Shown here: in pieces, positions 14,373 to 29,564 of the stretch | Numbering within the stretch: position 1 is the first letter of the stretch | Layout of the letters: each line of letters begins with the position of its first letter | NCBI RefSeq assembly: GCF_009914755.1 | Contig: NC_060933.1 | From: the human T2T-CHM13v2.0 reference genome, Homo sapiens | Strand: one strand, 5' to 3' | Length of the DNA stretch: 64,000 nt | Translations under genes and position numbers: made by a program | Notes under the pieces: model-generated | Databases searched by the model: none | What the model was told of the DNA's origin: nothing | The model's input: only the letters and a program-made list of their open reading frames with translations

Positions 14373-15312
14373 AACTGGACCCCCAGCTCCAGCCCTGCTC
14401 TGGACACAGCAGAAAGAAATATTTCCCAGCCCCGTCTTGTTATTCCTATCCACCTGGGACCTGCTTGGAAGCTTGGAATGTGCCTTCCCTGCCCCAGTCC
14501 ATGCTAAATGTTCTGGCCCCTTCCATCTCCAACATCTCCCTTGGACTGGACCTGAGCTCAGCACAGCCTTCTCTGACCCCTGCTCATGTGGTGACACGTT
14601 CGAGCCTGGCCTTTGTTCTGGAGGCAGTGGAGGGGCAGCCGAGTGTGGCAGCACTGACGATGCTGGTTAGACGTAAGGAAGCCTAGGACCCAGGGTGTCT
14701 TGGGCACAAATTTGCTGTGACACCCTGGGCAAAACCTTTCCCTCTGAGCCTCACTTTCCCCATAGCAGCTCAAGGGAGCTGGTTTTCTCAGTCCCTTCCA
14801 GCTCTAACATGAATAGAAATCTGTGGTCTGGAGCATTTTGCACGCACTCAGCAAAACTGTGATGTCATGGAGCACACACCCACAGACTTTTCTGCTCACA
14901 GGAGGATTGTAGATGCTCTGTGGAGCACCTAAATCACAGCAGGGACAGTCTGTGAGGCGCCAAGAGAGAGTCCTCCCCACAGCCTCCATGTTACTGATCA
15001 TGGCATTCCAGCAATTAACAGGGTCAGGGGGCAGTCCACTAGCCACCAGCCCTGCCCTGAGAATGCGCAAACCTGAGACCAAGGCTCCTGCCCCCAGCCC
15101 AGAGCAGGCAGACTTACATCTTCTCAAACTAGACAGTCTAGTATTGATTCTTCTCCCCGCTTAATCCATGGGAAGGAATTCCCAGACTTTCCCACCAGTT
15201 GCAGAGCAGCTTTACAATAATTTGATCCAAACTGATCATCTCCTGGTTTTATATCCTGTGGCATATCCCTTGATCCCAGGTTTTGCTGACACCACAGCAA
15301 GGGATTGGAGGG

Positions 15313-15407
15313 CGTGTGTGTACACGCGTGCGTGTGTGTGTGTATGCATGTACCTGTATGTGTGTGCACATGCATGTGTGTGCGTGTGTGTGTGCGCGCG
15401 TGTGTGT
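15313..15407. repeat. Imperfect (TG/CG/CA)n alternating purine-pyrimidine tract
   Basis: Directly visible. Confidence 0.9.
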
Positions 15408-15759
15408 AGATACCCACATCTGGAGAAACAGAACCAGAGAAACTCTGTCCACAGCTGAGGGAAGAAGTCACATTTCCTGGCAAAGAATGTGTTCATGGAG
15501 GGTAAATTTCGAGGTCAGGCTCAGCTCTGTCATGGACAGCCTGGGGGCTCTGGACAAGTGTGCAGCCTCCCAGGGCCTCGCTTTCTTCTGTGGGGAGGCA
15601 CTCACAAGGCGCTCCAGTGAGAGGGGCCATGGGTATCCCTCTCCCCTGACAGTCCTTCCCTCCGGAGCTGGATCCGAGCATTGGGTCCCAGGACCTCATC
15701 ACTATCCTCTGTCTCCCCATAGATTCCTCTTCTCCTGTAAATGACCACAGAGGAAGACA

Positions 15760-15903
15760 ATGAATGAGGTGAAAGAATCCCTTCGCAGCATCGAGCAGAA
15801 GTACAAGCTCTTCCAGCAGCAGCAGCTCACCTTCACCGCCGCTCTGGAGCACTGCAGGGAGAACGCCCACGACAAGATCCGGCCCATCTCCAGCATTGGA
15901 CAG
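15760..15903 (+). CDS. SPACA9: Sperm acrosome associated 9, first coding exon (exon begins 15723)
   Basis: Acceptor ccccatAG 15721-22, ATG 15760, MNEVKESLRSIEQKYKLFQQQQ...SSIGQ, donor GT 15904. Confidence 0.95.
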
Positions 15904-16645
15904 GTGGGGCTCCCGACCCCCACCCCGGCCGAGGGGCAACAAGCCCAGTCCCCTCTCACAAAAGATGAAACCACTGGGGCCCAGAGAGGGGAAGGACGTT
16001 TGCGCCAGAATTAGGACCCGGACCCAGAACCTAAATGATGTAATGAGTCCTTCATTCGTTTCTCTACCAAATATGTAAGTGAATAACAACAAGTGAATAA
16101 AGAGGCAGGTTTAAAACTCAGCCGGCCAGGGCTTAAGTCCTAGCTCTACCATGTGCCACTGCTGTGATCTCAGGCCAATGACTTCACCTTTCTGTGCCTC
16201 AGTGTCCTCATCTGTGACGCAGGTTCAGTGGTCACCCATAGAAAACCAGGGATTTACTGGTGACCAGAGGGATCCTGTCCTTCCCATCAGATTCCACTGG
16301 GGGTTGAGGAACTGTGGGATGCCAAGCACACCGCCAGGTGCTTTCGCAGATGTTTTTATTTAACCTGCATCTCCTCCAGGGTTAGCTGCTGTCCAGGTTT
16401 GCTGTGCAGGACTTGGAGGCCTCAAGACCAAATGATCCTTCCAGGATGTTAGGGGCTGGAGCTGCAGTGCAGTTAGGAACACACACAGGCCGGCCCTTCA
16501 CAGCTTGGAGGGAGTCAGCTTGTGGAAGGGTAACTGCCCCAAGATGGGTGGGAACAGGCGCAGGGCTCAGAACTGCAGAGGAGAAACAGGCTCGGGAGGA
16601 ACAAGCAACCCTTGCTGGCAGCATCCTTTAAAAACATTTTTTTCT

Positions 16646-17008
<363 letters not shown>

Positions 17009-17043
17009 TCAATTTTTTAACTCAAAAAAATGTTAAATATAGA

Positions 17044-17383
<340 letters not shown>

Positions 17384-18577
17384 TCACCCAGATTCACCGA
17401 CTTGTGACATTTAGCCAATTTAGCCATATTTGCCCACGCATGCAGCCCCTGAGCTATTGGAAAATAAACTTCCTCTTCTGTAAACCTGGACTTCGGGGGA
17501 AAAAAGAAAAGAAACTGCCTACATCCTTTTTAGTCCATCCTCCAGAAGCTTCAAAAGTCAACAAGTGTCCCTTCCCAGAATCTACATCCATGCATAAGGG
17601 AGTGGCCTTCTTGCCTTAGGTTCAGCCGAAGGCTCTTGGTAAACAGTGGCCTTGTGTTCTGAGTTGCCTCACCCCTCCCCTGCCCTCCCTGAACCAGAAG
17701 TGTCCAAAGGTTCCCTGCACACCGCCCCCCACCCCCGCAATGCTCTGTTGTAGTTACACCATGGGGCAGGTTCCTCCTCCTCGACCCCTACAGGTGCCTT
17801 TGTGGGTATGAGTGTGAAGAGCCTCTCCCCCTTACGAAGCTGCTTGTGCATGGCAGTCCTTGGGAAGGAACCACTTCAGATTGTTTGGGGAAACATCCCC
17901 TAGCAACAAAAAGACAAACGGTTACAGCAAGAAAACCCTGATTTAGATGTAGACCTTTGTGGGTGCTGGAGGAGGTGATACCTGCATCTGTCATCAGATT
18001 GTGGAGAGTAGAACCATCTGACTACGAAATGGGTCTGTTCATCTGGCCTGGACCACAGCCAATTCCTCCCTAGCTCGAGATCAGACCTCCGGCTCTGGCC
18101 CAACCTCAGATGCAGTCACTGGGTAACCCCATAAGCTCCACTTACTGGCCTGCCCCTCCTTCTCCACCTTGTGAACACAGTACGGCTGAAGCCCAAAGGA
18201 TTCCAGTCCCTGCTGTTTCCCTCTCAGTATGGGTGGCCCACGCTGGAATTTCTCACAATGAACCCTCTAGAAGTGGGATGACAGGCACTGTGGCATTAAG
18301 TCAGGGGGCAGCCCCCTTTTGCTTTAGGCGGTGGTTGGTTCAGGTGGCAGGGGACAGGTGAGGGGTAGGGCACGGAGCCACTGAGCTGGGGACACCCAAC
18401 TAAGCCACTGGTGCCCTGGGCGGGTTATTTCACCTCTGCAAACCTCCAGTGTTCATGTCATGGTACTGATCTGTAAAATGGGAATTTAAAAAGGTACCTG
18501 CTCAGTGTGTAGGGTTTAGATGAAGACAGGCGAGAGCAGGCCCGTAAAGCATTTTGCATGGTGCCTGGAACACTTGA

Positions 18578-18926
<349 letters not shown>

Positions 18927-19181
18927 GATCCATTAATTTCATATCATGTCTATCCATCCATCCATCCATCCATCCATCCATCCATCCATCCATCTATAGA
19001 GAGAGAGATACCACTATATAGAGTGGTCTGTACCTTAAAATGCTTAAGCGTTACTTGCGTCTCCCCCATGAGTCATGTAGGGTGGGAGGGAGTAGGGTGG
19101 GTGCTTCTGGACATTTGCACCATAAGCCAGCCAGGACCCGGGTTGGCATGTCCCCAGCTCATGTGGCGGCGGCCCTTGCAG

Positions 19182-19384
19182 GTGCAGAGCTACATGGAAC
19201 ACTACTGCAACAGCTCCACAGACCGGCGGGTTCTGCTCATGTTCCTGGACATCTGTTCAGAGCTGAATAAGCTCTGCCAGCACTTTGAGGCCGTGCACTC
19301 TGGCACCCCAGTCACCAACAACCTCCTGGAGAAATGCAAAACCCTCGTTAGCCAAAGCAACGACTTAAGCAGCCTCAGAGCAAA
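19182..19384 (+). CDS. SPACA9: SPACA9 second coding exon (VQSYMEHYCNSSTDRR...SSLRA)
   Basis: cttgcAG acceptor, GTAAGT donor 19385; 203 nt, phases fit neighbours. Confidence 0.95.
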
Positions 19385-20102
19385 GTAAGTCCCTCTGATG
19401 CTGCTCTTGAGGCCCCGTGTGTGCCTGTGGGGAGGCCTCTGTCCTGCTTCTTTCCTGTTGCCTGGATCATGGTGCTCCTATTAGACCACCCCGGGCAGGA
19501 AATCCCAGTCTCCACTCATTTATTGGAATGACTCGGATTCAACAAAACCTTTTCTTTACAACCATCGTAGACATGGCAGGACACCAGGTGTCTCACGGGT
19601 GTTAGCACCAGGCAGGTGGAGAAGGGGGTGTAGAGCCCAGAGCAGTTGCCCCCAGAAGCCCACAGAGATCCTCACTGACATGCAAAGAAGTGGACACCAG
19701 AGCCGCCTCCCAGGGGCAGCAGCACTGGCACTGAGGGCTCCTCATCCTGACAGCCCGGGAGCCTGCAGCACAGTGGGCCAGAGCCTGGGGAAGCTCTGTA
19801 GATACCAGGGTGAGAAGAGCCAGAGGGATGAGCCAGCCAGTTCCTCACCCCTAACCCAGGTTTCTACGGACCATGGGGCAGTGGTTTGCATCTCCTGTCT
19901 TTCACACCAGAATTACCTGGGGCTTGTGGCACCCCAGGCCTGGTCTGCCAGAATCTCTGGGGACAGAGCGCCTCAGCGTGCTGTGTGTCCAGTTCTAAAG
20001 CCTCCCCAGGTGACTCTGCTGTGCCTGAGGTGTGGCAGCTGCTTGCCACGGCATGGCAAGTCCCGGGAGCATGGGTTCACCTGGCCCCCTGCCGTCCTGC
20101 AG

Positions 20103-20424
20103 ATACCCTCATGATGTGGTGAACCACCTCAGCTGTGACGAGGCCCGGAACCACTACGGCGGCGTGGTCAGCCTCATCCCCCTCATCCTAGACTTAATGA
20201 AAGAATGGATCGCCCACTCCGAGAAGTTGCCGCGCAAGGTGCTGCAGCACGTGAGTGAGCCCCAGGCGCACCAGGAGAGCACCAGGGGAGCCGCTCGTCC
20301 TGCCCAGGCCATAGGGACCCAGCCCAGGGCCACTAAACACAAGTGTAGACAGCTCACAAAAGCCAGCCTCAAACCCAGGGGATGTTCAAAACCACCCTGG
20401 AGGCCTCCTGGTGGGAAATTGTAA
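20103..20424 (+). CDS. SPACA9: SPACA9 third coding exon; read-through to TAA gives 222 aa, donor at 20251 gives 168 aa isoform
   Basis: ctgcAG acceptor 20101-02; YPHDVVNHLSCDEARNHYGG...; CAC|GTGAGT at 20250/1; 144+203+322=669 nt. Confidence 0.92.
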
Positions 20425-20882
<458 letters not shown>

Positions 20883-21220
20883 CTCTTGCTTTAACTTCTA
20901 ACATTTCCACTTCTAAGCATCAGGCTCCGTGCTGATGAAGAGGAAACCCACTTACAGAAGTTGCCCAAACAGGATGGTGTGGTAGAGGGTCCCAGGAGGG
21001 CACTGAACTGTCACCTAGGTCCTCTTTGAGCCACATCCGGCTCCAGTGCCACGCCTGTCCCTGCTGCGGGCTGCAGTTTTGCAGAGGGTGATCAAGCTGG
21101 AGACCATCTGCTCCTTGCCCCACCACCAGCCCCAACTGTAGGCAAGGCACACGCTGTTTGCGAGCCAGGGATGCTCCCCTCCAGGATGGAGTGGGGGTCG
21201 GCATGTGGAACTCAGCGTGT

Positions 21221-21528
21221 TTATTTTTTTATTTTTTGAGATGGAGTTTCACTCTGTCTCCCAGGCTGGAGTGCAGTGGCACGATCTTGGCTCACTGCAA
21301 CCTCCACCTCCAGGTTCAAGCGATTCTCCTGCCTCAGCCTCCTGAGTAGCTGGAATTACAGGCGCCCACCACCCCACCTGGCTAATTTATATATATATAT
21401 ATTTTTTAGTAGAGACGGGGCTTCACCACGTTGGCCAGGCTGGTCTTGAACTCCTGACCTCAACTGGTCCACCCGCCTCGGCCTCCCAAAGTGCTGGGAT
21501 TACAGGTGTGAGCCACGGCACCTGGCCA
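21221..21528 (-). mobile_element. Alu (S-like) with (TA)n linker
   Basis: Alu consensus. Confidence 0.93.
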
Positions 21529-21769
21529 GAACTCAGTAGTGTGTTTAGTTCTCTGGACCACAGCCAAAGGGGAATAAACTCACCTTTCCTTCGCCTTTAC
21601 TTGGGAGAGGGAGACCATGACAGAAGCCAGAATTCTGATTTTGTGGCTCCTGAGCAAGGGCGATGACCTGGTTTTCACAGCGTAGTCGAACCCCAAACAT
21701 TGTAAAATGTGTCCCTGGCTTCTGAGCTTGCCCAAAGTAATGTCTGACTGTTGGTTTTTCCCTTCACAG

Positions 21770-21781
21770 GGGACGACTTAG
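21770..21781 (+). CDS. SPACA9: SPACA9 terminal coding micro-segment of the 168 aa isoform (G-T-T-stop)
   Basis: Strong acceptor tttttcccttcacAG 21768-69; GGG ACG ACT TAG; AATAAA 42 nt later. Confidence 0.85.
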   Translation, partial: GTT

Positions 21782-21822
21782 CTTCTGTATTATTGTTGCT
21801 TCCTCAGGGGGAGACAGTCAAG

Positions 21823-21828
21823 AATAAA
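21823..21828 (+). terminator. SPACA9 polyadenylation signal AATAAA
   Basis: Canonical hexamer after the last exon stop, followed by T/GT-rich sequence. Confidence 0.8.
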
Positions 21829-22110
21829 AAGTATTCTACCACCTCTCTGCCTGACTTGGTTTCCTGGGATTTATCCCTGAAAGAAAACCTACATCTCCCC
21901 TAAGACATCAAAGGACACTGGGCAGTAAGCCTCAGCAGACAGCAGAGAGAGAGGCCACCCTAGGCAAGGGGGCATGCCTGTCTCAAGTCAGCTTCTAAGA
22001 GGCTCATGCCCAAGCTCCAGAGGACCAGCAATCAGATCTTCCTCCAAGGATGGGAAGTCTAGTTAAGAGACCTAGTCAGATAAGAAAACCTGAATTTTCC
22101 AGAGAAATTA

Positions 22111-22490
<380 letters not shown>

Positions 22491-23161
22491 TGGGCAGAGC
22501 AACGCTGATTTCCAGACACAGCCAGGCAGAGGCAAGCAATTGAAAGCCACATCACAAATGAAATTCATCCCTGGTCCTTATATGGAAGTCCCAGGCCAAG
22601 AGATCATAAGCCAGGGTAGATGTCAAAATTGTGTAAAGGCAGTTTCCGGCCTTCTTCTAAAGCCCATGAAGGGCACGGAGAAGGGAATGTTGGGAGCTGT
22701 ACTGTCTCCTTGGCACACTCACATTAACACAACCAGCAAGGCTCAAGAGGGCAAGCTCTGGAGCACTGAAGTGTCAGTGTGGTGCCACCAAAACATGGGA
22801 CACCCAACATGCCAGCACGGAGGAGCCACACACCCCTGCAGACAGCCTGGTTCTTGGTTTTTCTGTAGGCAGGATTCAAATCACCCCCTCCCACACTATG
22901 CCACTTGGCCACTCATTGAGGAAGAGCATGAATTTGAGGCAGATACAGGAAGGATTTGTGGCTGTGCACCAGACCATTTGCCAGAATAAAAAGGGTCTTC
23001 TTAGAGACAAAAGCCCAAATCCATTATTTGTCAGGCTCCTCTTCCAGTCACCCAAGGTAGCCAAACCAGACCCTAAGGCTTTGTATCTTTGGACCAGTCC
23101 CCTGCTTGACCTGTAAGCCTGCCAAGGCCAGTGTAAGCCACTCCATGTCCACACAGCAGAG

Positions 23162-26100
23162 TAGTGCAAAACAATAAATTTTTATTTGTTCACAGTTAAA
23201 CACAAGCAACTGCCTTGACATTTTAGAACATTCTAAGAAGGACAGCAAACTCTTTTGATTCCAATTCCCATTCACTAAGATTGTACCATTTTATCCTGCA
23301 GTTCATATTTATGGCATCTGATGTGGATTGTTGACATGCTTTTAGGATTGAGGCGGGAAAGTTTAGACCTTTTGACAAGAGCTGACTTTCTTCAATTTAA
23401 CTAAAAGCAGTCCGTTAAAAAAAATCAGTTTCTTTCACTGATGGGACCCCTTTAAACTGCAAGTTTGCCACACATGGTTCATTCATGATTGAGTTATAAA
23501 ACTAGATTATGTCTTAGCAAAATCTGTTCCTCCGTAATATATTTGTGGTCCATAGAAGTCTTCTGAAAAGTGATTACTGATTCTTCCTAGTGCAAAATGC
23601 GTGGCTGCCTTTTTCATAAGCCAAAGTACTTGCTACACAGAGCAGCACCATACCCTCCTGTCCAAACACTGTAAGAGGTGGGGAAAGGGAGGGAAGGGTT
23701 GGTCTGGGGGTTCTCAGACTCTCAGGGTTTCCACTGAAAGGTCCATTCCAATGGTTAAACCAGCCTACTTATCTCAGAGGATGGATAATGTGGCGCTGCG
23801 AAGTGGGGAGGAAGCTCCTCTGCCATCATTAACTCGTTTCATGACCAGAAGCCATGGGCACAGGTGCTCGGCTCTTCCAGGCAGGCTTCCCTTGTAGCTA
23901 CAGCTACTCTTCCCTCAGGCGAGCAGATAAGGACTGCAGGACGGCATGGAAGAGACAGGAACACGCTCCCCTGGGCACATCGAAGAGTCCCGGACAGGCA
24001 AACAAGCCACATGGGACAAGGGTCACAGCAGCAGCCTAGGGGCCAGTCCTCGACCTAAACTTGTTCTTTCACCTACAGACAAAAGCTTAATCAAGTGCAA
24101 TCAATGCCTTGGGATCTTTGCAGCAATCTGGGGGGCATGTGTCACAGAACTCTGGATGTAAACAGATACACAAACATCTTCAGACTGGATACATTTTTCC
24201 AATACTTGTTGCGGGTCGGTTTTAAAGCATGTACCCTGGAGAGTGAAGGTGCAGCAGATAGGTATACTGATTTGAGTCACTCCACACCAGGCAGCTTCCT
24301 TCTCCAGGTGGGGCAGAGCCCCCTGGGGGAACAACTCTCCAAGAGTATCCGCAGGAGGTGGGCGGCACCCCATCTCACCAAGGTCCTGGCCGGGTCTTCG
24401 CTCTGCCCAAACCCTCCTCCAGCCTGTGCAGGCCTCCTCCCACCTCTTAGTGCTTTCAGCGAGAAAAGGTGAGTCTCATTACGCAGAACTTTTGTTTGCT
24501 CTTCGGTTCTTTCCTTCTTCAAGTGGTATGCTCTACTATTTGGTAGAAATTCACATTGGCTTGTCACAGCACACTTCAGTTCTGCTGGCTACATGAAACG
24601 CATACCCAGTTTTCTATTCTTAACAGTGAGTCTGAGCCTCTGTGGTCTCAGAGATCCTTTCATCCCCATGACCATTTTATACATCCTCCCCTCAACAACT
24701 GCTAGAGTTTTATCTTTCCCAACAAATATACCAGAAACTATGTGTGCTGTTGCAAATGGGGACGGCCCAAGAGTCTGGAGTTTTGTTCCCTGCTGCCCTG
24801 CTTTTACCCAGTAATGTGCGGCATGGTGGGTGAATTTTTCTAATTGTCCTGGGTCGTAACAGTTCACCTTCTCAGAACAGTTTGGACTGTTTCCCCAACC
24901 ATGTCACATAAGCTTTGGCTCACAAAGTAGCTCACCTCTCGCCTCTCCACTCTTCAAGCTTAGTAAGAAGATTCCGCAGCTTAGTCCCAAAGGTCAGGCA
25001 GTTTTCTCTCCTGAAAAACTCTGTGGACACACCTAGAGAGGTCACTGTCTGCCCACCTGCCTTAGTAATGCTGGTCCTAAAACTCATCTCCAAGGACATC
25101 TTTCACAACTTCTCCATCTAAGAAATGACCTTGACCTTCCTACCTTTGGGTTTGTTTTTTTTCTATTCATGACCACGTGTTTCTTCCAATCCCATAATAA
25201 CAATTTTTATAGACTGTATAGCAGAGCCTTGTCAACGGCTTTTTGAAAATCCATCAAAGTTCTATCAGATGCAGATCTGTGTGTTTATTCACCTGCAGGG
25301 ACTCCGGAGCTCATTTGCTCTGCGTCTTCCTATCCCCCTCCCCGCTAAAACTGTAGTGCACCTTTTTAAAGGAATTCCATGCTGCACAGCAGCAGACTTC
25401 GGGCTCCTCGGGGCCTGTGCTGACTCTGGTTAGTGTCAGGTGGGGATCCGAGTAGGTTATGCACATTGGCCAAACAGCTGAGACAGGTATGCTCACCCAT
25501 AGTGATTTCTGGATGGAGGCCATCCAATCCCAATATTTATGAATACCAAGCTGCTTAATTGGTTTCAAGGTAGACTCTGCCCTTAACGCTTATTGTACTA
25601 ATACCTTTGCCCAGGACTGAATTGCCTCTCGAGAGTAATACTGTCACCTTTCCATCCTTAGAACTACCCACTGCAGCATGATCAAGTGACCTGTTGACTC
25701 TTGGCAGGTTTATCATGTCCAAAACCAAACCAAACCTAACTACTGACTCTGGAGTTCTTTGCAACATGAAAGCCTACATTTTTAGGTTGGGCACCTTCAA
25801 CATGACTCCAGGTCTCATTCTCCCAACCGTAGTTGAATAAAACCCACAGCCTCCTAGAACTCAAAGGCACCTGAGCTTGGAGCCACATTTGTTATAAAGC
25901 TGAGTAAAAGGACACCCAGGCCGCATGGATGAGCTGAGGACCCTGTGCAGACACGTCCATGGAGCTTCTAGCACAGGCCTCTCTCCATGCTGCCTCCTTT
26001 CTTCCCTTTATTTTTATAAGCTGTCCGTTTCTAAAATGTTTTTTCTTTTGCACTTGGGCCTCTTTTCCTTTCCAATTCAGGAAAAGGCTTTAAGTGCCTG

Positions 26101-28047
26101 GTATCTTGTTCTATGGCACAGATCTCTTGGGCATGAGGAGAAGGAAAGCACTTAAAACCAGTTTCAGGATTCACTGATGGGATTTCCTTCCCTTTCTAAG
26201 TTTGTTCACGTTTTCCTTTTCTAAAACGGAACCAGGAAACTAGACTGTATTGGGTTTTAAGCTTTCCTTTGGACAAAGCTGAATTAAATGTGTGGTGTCA
26301 CTAATACTCCACATCTGACAATTCAGTACCAACTGCCAGCCTGTGCTAGGCTGAGTAGTTGGGACCACGCCCTGCCACAGGCTGGGAATCAGTCACACCC
26401 AGAAAGCCTGCCTGAACAGGTTTTCTGCTGGTATAGCTAGGGTGACAGAGTCTCTAACTGTCTAGTCCCCTTTAGTTAGGGATGCTAGAATATTTATTGC
26501 CATGCTAAAAAAAAAAAAAAAAAAAAAAGACTTTCATTCTTTCTGCTCGAGGCCTCCGTGGGCACTAAGATTTCGTACCGTGACAGTTTTTTACCGCTTT
26601 ATGACTGAATCCTTCTATTCTTTTTAATGAAAGATAGAAACAGGAAAGCCAAGTTCACTGGCTCCTTCCTACCAACTCCCCCTGCCTCAGCTGGAACACC
26701 AGACCACAGTTCTTAGGCTTCTAGCATTTCTTTCAGGAGCACTTGTTGAGTTTGGATTCTCTGCCACTGCCACTTTTCTGACTAGTGTCATCTCTCGGGA
26801 GCACGTGGGGCAGCCTAGTGGGTATACACAGCCAGCCTTTGCCAGCATTCTCCCGGACTCTGTTTAGACTGCTCTGCCATTACTAACATGGAGAGTGTGA
26901 TGACATCAGCTCCCTGGAGAGTCAGCCCCTGAAAGTTGGAATTGGTATGAAAAAGCTGCCCCTCTTCTGGTAGCCTAGAACCTGCTACAGTGAGGCAACC
27001 CTAATGGCCTGGGAAATGATGGTCACATACACTTTGCAGAAACTCTTTGGACCTTCAGAGCCTTTCTGCTGCAGTGTCACATATAAGCTGACATGAACAA
27101 GAGGCGTATGCACACAAAGGGAGGCCAGTAGACAGAAGGGTTTAACAAAAGGCCCAGCAAGCTGAGATGGCCTAAAGGTGCAGTTCCTCATGCTCAAGTG
27201 CTTCTCGGGTAACCTCTCCCAGTGACTGCTCCTTCCCTCCTATGGAGAACAGGTTTTACCACCTACACACCAGCCTGTGGTCACAATAGTACCAGCATTC
27301 AAGCAAACACCAAATAAATAAGAGGTAGTGGGGGAAGAAGAGACAAGAGCTTTCCCAAAGGGTGTGTGGTCTCCACAGTGCCAGCTCCAGATTTCTGAAA
27401 CAGGCTTCTGTTTACACAGAACTTTCTAGGAAGCTTATCAGAACTGCCAAAAGAATGCAAGTATGAATAAACCGTTGTTCTTCTAGACCTGCTGCTTTAG
27501 ATGCTGAACTTCAGAATCAAAAAAGCAGTCGGAAAGTCTCATGTAAACGCTTTCATGTAAAGACAACCAGCTTTGCAGGCTATGTCCTCCTGGAAGGGAC
27601 AAAACCAGACTTACCTGCAATGCAACAAACTACCTGGTCTAATTGAGAGCCAACCCAGTTATCTGAACTTCGGGAAAGCAGAAAGTGGTGTGTTAGACTC
27701 AAAGATTAAATTTGGCCTCATATTGCACAGGTTCAAAGGACGCAACCATTTGGGGGGGAAAGGAAGAAAGTAAAGCTACTGAGGAACACCAACTGGCCCT
27801 TGGATTAGAACACACTGCGAGGTAAATGAGAGGGGGTTAGGGCGGGTGGAGGGGAAGGTCAAGAGGCATTTCAATGCCAGATCCAAAAACCGTTCTGCAT
27901 TCAGTCAGCTGTCCAAAGGACCTCCGTCCCATTTCCACACATGAACTTGCACTCAGACCCTGGAAACAGGAAAGCTTTGAAACGTGCATTCACACCTCCT
28001 GTTCTGTGCCAACAATATGCAAGTTAACACTGATTGACCATCATTCC
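23162..28047 (-). other. TSC1: TSC1 3'UTR (~4.9 kb, Alu-free; 3' end approximate)
   Basis: Runs from stop codon at 28048 to the PAS at 23181-86; many miRNA seed matches. Confidence 0.85.
23181..23186 (-). terminator. TSC1 distal polyadenylation signal AATAAA
   Basis: TTTATT on + strand; downstream (minus) GU-rich CTGCTGTGTGG; fits a ~4.9 kb UTR. Confidence 0.8.
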
Positions 28048-28650
<603 letters not shown>

Positions 28651-28995
28651 TCACACTGACACTGAACTCCGCTAGCCCACTCTCTGTTTTATAATACTGG
28701 ACTCAAGAGATCTCATCAAGAGAAACCTAAATCACAACTAGGGATAGTAGGTGGCAATCTTAAGTGTGAACACTTCCTGTGGCCATATGGAGGGACTCAA
28801 GGCCAGGAACACGAACACGAAGAGATCACTGGGCGTTTTGAGGAAAGGAACGTCAGAGTGGGTCTCTGACACGGAGTGAGCTGAGTGTTGCAGCCTGTCT
28901 AGTCAGCAGTAACTGCTTCCCACACCACGTGACACAGTCCTTATGCTGGAATTGGCAGCTTAGTCCCAAGGTCATGAATCAGTTCTTTGTTCCTA

Positions 28996-29564
<569 letters not shown>

